DNA of 64,000 nucleotides from Vulcanimicrobiota bacterium. Lineage in GTDB: Bacteria > Vulcanimicrobiota > Vulcanimicrobiia > Vulcanimicrobiales > Vulcanimicrobiaceae. The position numbers and the translations under genes are program-made. The notes beneath the pieces are model-generated. The model saw nothing but the letters and a program-made list of their open reading frames with translations. It had not been told where the DNA came from and did no database searches. The stretch spans positions 32,001-96,000 of the forward strand of contig CAVRQT010000002.1 in assembly GCA_963723515.1 (NCBI GenBank), in the 5' to 3' direction. Positions 61,519-64,000 of this stretch are shown one piece after another; the stretch's first letter is position 1; every line of letters starts with the position of its first letter.

Positions 61519-61845
61519 TTATTGGCCGGGGTGCTGCAGATCCCACTGCTCCGCAAGCAGCAACTGCTGGCGCGCCTGCTGCATCAACTGGATTGCGGCG
61601 ACACGATGGCCGCCGTAGTCGTGCGGATCCCGCTGTAACTGGTCGAGCAGGCGCTCGAGCCGTATGCGCACTTGGTAGATGTTTCGCGCTCCGCCCCGCT
61701 CACCGCGCCGATAGGGGTTCGGAGTTTGGTAGATTTGCGCTACCTGTTGCGGGGCGCTCGATGCGGGCGTCGTTTGTGCGCTCGCCGCACCGGCGATCAT
61801 GGCTGTCGCGAGCACGCCGCTCGCCAGAATGAGTTTGAGGTTCAT
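61519..61845 (-). CDS. Small secreted helical protein with DYGGHR motif
   Basis: AAGGAG ribosome-binding site, signal peptide, helix-HDYGGHR-helix. Confidence 0.75.
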   Translation of the reverse strand: MNLKLILASGVLATAMIAGAASAQTTPASSAPQQVAQIYQTPNPYRRGERGGARNIYQVRIRLERLLDQLQRDPHDYGGHRVAAIQLMQQARQQLLLAEQWDLQHPGQ

Positions 61846-61975
61846 GCATAGCTCCTTGAAATGGGAGTGACTATGCCGCTAAAACGCCGCACATATTTCC
61901 CGCTGTTCCTTTAGAGTACGAATCTAATAGGGAACTAAGCGCCGCTTAATGCAGTCCTAATCGAAAAAGGTGCTG

Positions 61976-62776
61976 TCAGTTCAAAATCGGGTTCAACGCT
62001 GAATTAACGACTTCACCTGTTTGAATGCCCGGCATGAACGCTTCCCAATCGGCGTAGTGCTGTTTTCGTTGCGGCGCAGTTAGTCGGATGCCGTCAGCCA
62101 TGTAGATGACCGTCATAACGGCGCGAGGTCGATTCGTTTGATTGGGACCGGTGTGATGAAATGTCCAGCCCGAATGAAAACTGACGTCACCGACATCGAA
62201 TGCAGCGACGTCTTCCGGATAAGAGCCGCTTTGCAATCGATCACGAATGAGCCGTTCGCTTTCGTCGCTGATCTCGAGGTCGCGGCCGAACGTCATTTTG
62301 TGGCTGCCGCGCGCAAAGGCGATCGGTCCCATTTCGAGGGGCGTTTCCTGCAATGGTATCCATGCGGTGATCGTTTTGTCGGAATCGAGGGGCCAGTAGA
62401 ATTGGTCCGCATGCCAAGGCGTGAATCCGCCGCTCGGCTCTTTGAACAGCGCTTGATCGTGATAGAGACGCACTTTCGGAACGCGCAGCAACGCCGCCGC
62501 CGCCGATGCAAGACGTTTACCAAAGACAAATGTCTTCGCAATCTCGCTGGTGCGCCAAAGATTGGTGACTTGCAGAAACGCGCGATGGTACGTGTCACGC
62601 TTTTCGAGCGGTACCGGTACGGGGTTGCGTTGGACGACTTCTTGTGCAATGTGTGGCCCAAAGCGATTCAGTAAGCCGGTGCTCAAAAGCGCTTTAATGC
62701 GAAGAAAGCCGTCGCGCTCGTAGGCAGCGATGCTCTCTTCGCTAAGTTCAGCAGCAGTGTCTAAATCAAGAAGCAT
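61976..62776 (-). CDS. Phytanoyl-CoA dioxygenase (PhyH) family 2OG-Fe(II) oxygenase
   Basis: YERDGF, TPWHAD (HxD), ITAWIPL, GSH, WTFH..GPN..R. Confidence 0.9.
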   Translation of the reverse strand: MLLDLDTAAELSEESIAAYERDGFLRIKALLSTGLLNRFGPHIAQEVVQRNPVPVPLEKRDTYHRAFLQVTNLWRTSEIAKTFVFGKRLASAAAALLRVPKVRLYHDQALFKEPSGGFTPWHADQFYWPLDSDKTITAWIPLQETPLEMGPIAFARGSHKMTFGRDLEISDESERLIRDRLQSGSYPEDVAAFDVGDVSFHSGWTFHHTGPNQTNRPRAVMTVIYMADGIRLTAPQRKQHYADWEAFMPGIQTGEVVNSALNPILN

Positions 62777-62786
62777 GATTTTGGTT

Positions 62787-62810
62787 GCGCTTCGACTCGA
62801 GGCTCAGGGA
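62787..62810. repeat. Degenerate REP-like repeat
   Basis: GCGCTTCGACTCGAGGCTCAGGGA resembles the CTTCGAC..GCTCAGGG core. Confidence 0.45.
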
Positions 62811-62843
62811 AGTGAGCTCACGGAAAGGCGAGGCGCAACGCCT

Positions 62844-64000
62844 CTACGTGAGCGAACCCAAAGCCGCTTGCGCTGCCGCGAGGCGCGCGATGGGCACGCG
62901 ATAAGGCGAGCACGAAACGTAATTCAGCTTGAGTTGATGGCAAAACGCGACGCTCGACGGCTCGCCGCCGTGCTCGCCGCAGATGCCGATCTTCAAATCA
63001 GCGCGCGAGTCGCGTCCTCCGCGCACCGCCTCCTGCATCAAGGAGCCGACGCCTTTGCGATCGAGCACCAGGAACGGGTCGTCTTTGAGAATCTTCAATT
63101 CCAAATATTTCGGAATGAATGATGCTTCTGCGTCATCACGGCTGTAGCCGAAGGTCGTTTGCGTTAAGTCGTTGGTTCCGAACGAAAAAAACTGCGCTGT
63201 TTTGGCTAGCTCGCCGGCCACGATGCAAGCACGCGGCAATTCAATCATCGTTCCGATCCGATATTGAATCGAACGGCCGCGCTGCGCGCAAACTTCGTCG
63301 GCGACGCGTTTGGCCGCCGAGTACGTCGTCTTCATCTCCTCCGGCGTGCCCACACCTGGAATCATCACGTCCGGACGCGCATCGACACCTTGCTCATGCA
63401 AGATGCACGCGGCTTCAAAAATCGCACGCACTTGCATCGCGTAGATTTCGGGATAGACGATGCCTAACCGGCAGACGCGCAGGCCAAGCATCGGATTCTG
63501 TTCGTGCATTTGCCGTACGCGCTGCAAGACCGCAAATTTCTGCTTGTATTCGGCATTCTGTTCGCCACGCTGCAAGCGCAGCTCGGTCGTTTCAACGAGC
63601 AGCTTCTCAAGCGACGGCAAGAATTCGTGCAGCGGCGGGTCGAGTAGGCGAATCGTGACTGAATAGCCTTGCATGGCTTTCAGAATGCCGATGAAATCGT
63701 CGCGCTGGAACGGCAGCAGCTTCTCGAGCGCTTCAGCACGGGCTTCCGGAGTATTGGCCAGGATCATTTGCTGTACGATCGGCAGCCGGTCTTGCTGCAT
63801 GAACATGTGCTCCGTGCGGCAGAGCCCAATGCCGGTCGCGCCCAGATCGCGCGCCTTGCCTGCATCTTCCGGCGTGTCGGCATTTGCCCACACTTCCATT
63901 TCGCGCGCCTCGTCGGCCCACGAGAGAAACTCCGCCAGCCAATCAGGCAGTTTGGAAGGCGGATCGATCAGTGAAAGCCGTTTGGCAATCACGTCTCCGG
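62844..64000 (-). CDS. ppdK: Pyruvate, phosphate dikinase (C-terminal part)
   Basis: GIGLCRTEHMF, IRLLDPPLHEFLP, NPMLG, FSFGTNDLTQ, GICGEHGG, YVSCSPYRVP. Confidence 0.97.
   Translation of the reverse strand, partial: GDVIAKRLSLIDPPSKLPDWLAEFLSWADEAREMEVWANADTPEDAGKARDLGATGIGLCRTEHMFMQQDRLPIVQQMILANTPEARAEALEKLLPFQRDDFIGILKAMQGYSVTIRLLDPPLHEFLPSLEKLLVETTELRLQRGEQNAEYKQKFAVLQRVRQMHEQNPMLGLRVCRLGIVYPEIYAMQVRAIFEAACILHEQGVDARPDVMIPGVGTPEEMKTTYSAAKRVADEVCAQRGRSIQYRIGTMIELPRACIVAGELAKTAQFFSFGTNDLTQTTFGYSRDDAEASFIPKYLELKILKDDPFLVLDRKGVGSLMQEAVRGGRDSRADLKIGICGEHGGEPSSVAFCHQLKLNYVSCSPYRVPIARLAAAQAALGSLT

Overview
A gene-dense, roughly 60% GC bacterial chromosomal window made up mostly of housekeeping and metabolic genes. 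Gene content (Terrabacteria-type dnaG-sigA, futalosine pathway, TonB C-terminal domain protein, stalk-domain secreted proteins) suggests a Ca. Eremiobacterota/Vulcanimicrobiota-like soil bacterium; this is inference only. Recognisable genes include thiO-thiS-thiG, ETF-QO, a 2-oxoacid dehydrogenase operon with two tandem E1-alpha genes, queD-queE-mqnB-mqnD-namZ-glcD-glcE, pepP, trxB, malic enzyme, dacB, an RND transporter, tRNA-Leu(GAG), oppBC, kce with kamB/kamC-like genes, mntP, proline dehydrogenase, dtd, dnaG-rpoD, an HD hydrolase, an M1 aminopeptidase and ppdK. I saw no CRISPR array, transposase or prophage. About 11 frameshifts in 10 genes are most likely long-read assembly errors. The best candidates for something undescribed are: (1) a two-copy structured intergenic element with compensatory base-pair changes, each copy next to a REP-like repeat (42033-42152 and 50393-50543); (2) a kamB/kamC/kce module without the mutase genes; (3) a 167-bp palindromic MITE-like element that supplies both flanking stop codons; (4) a DDAH-fold protein lacking its catalytic His and Cys; (5) the paired E1-alpha subunits; and (6) signs of widespread leaderless transcription from two promoter classes. 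All product calls come from motif recognition by eye, not from database searches.
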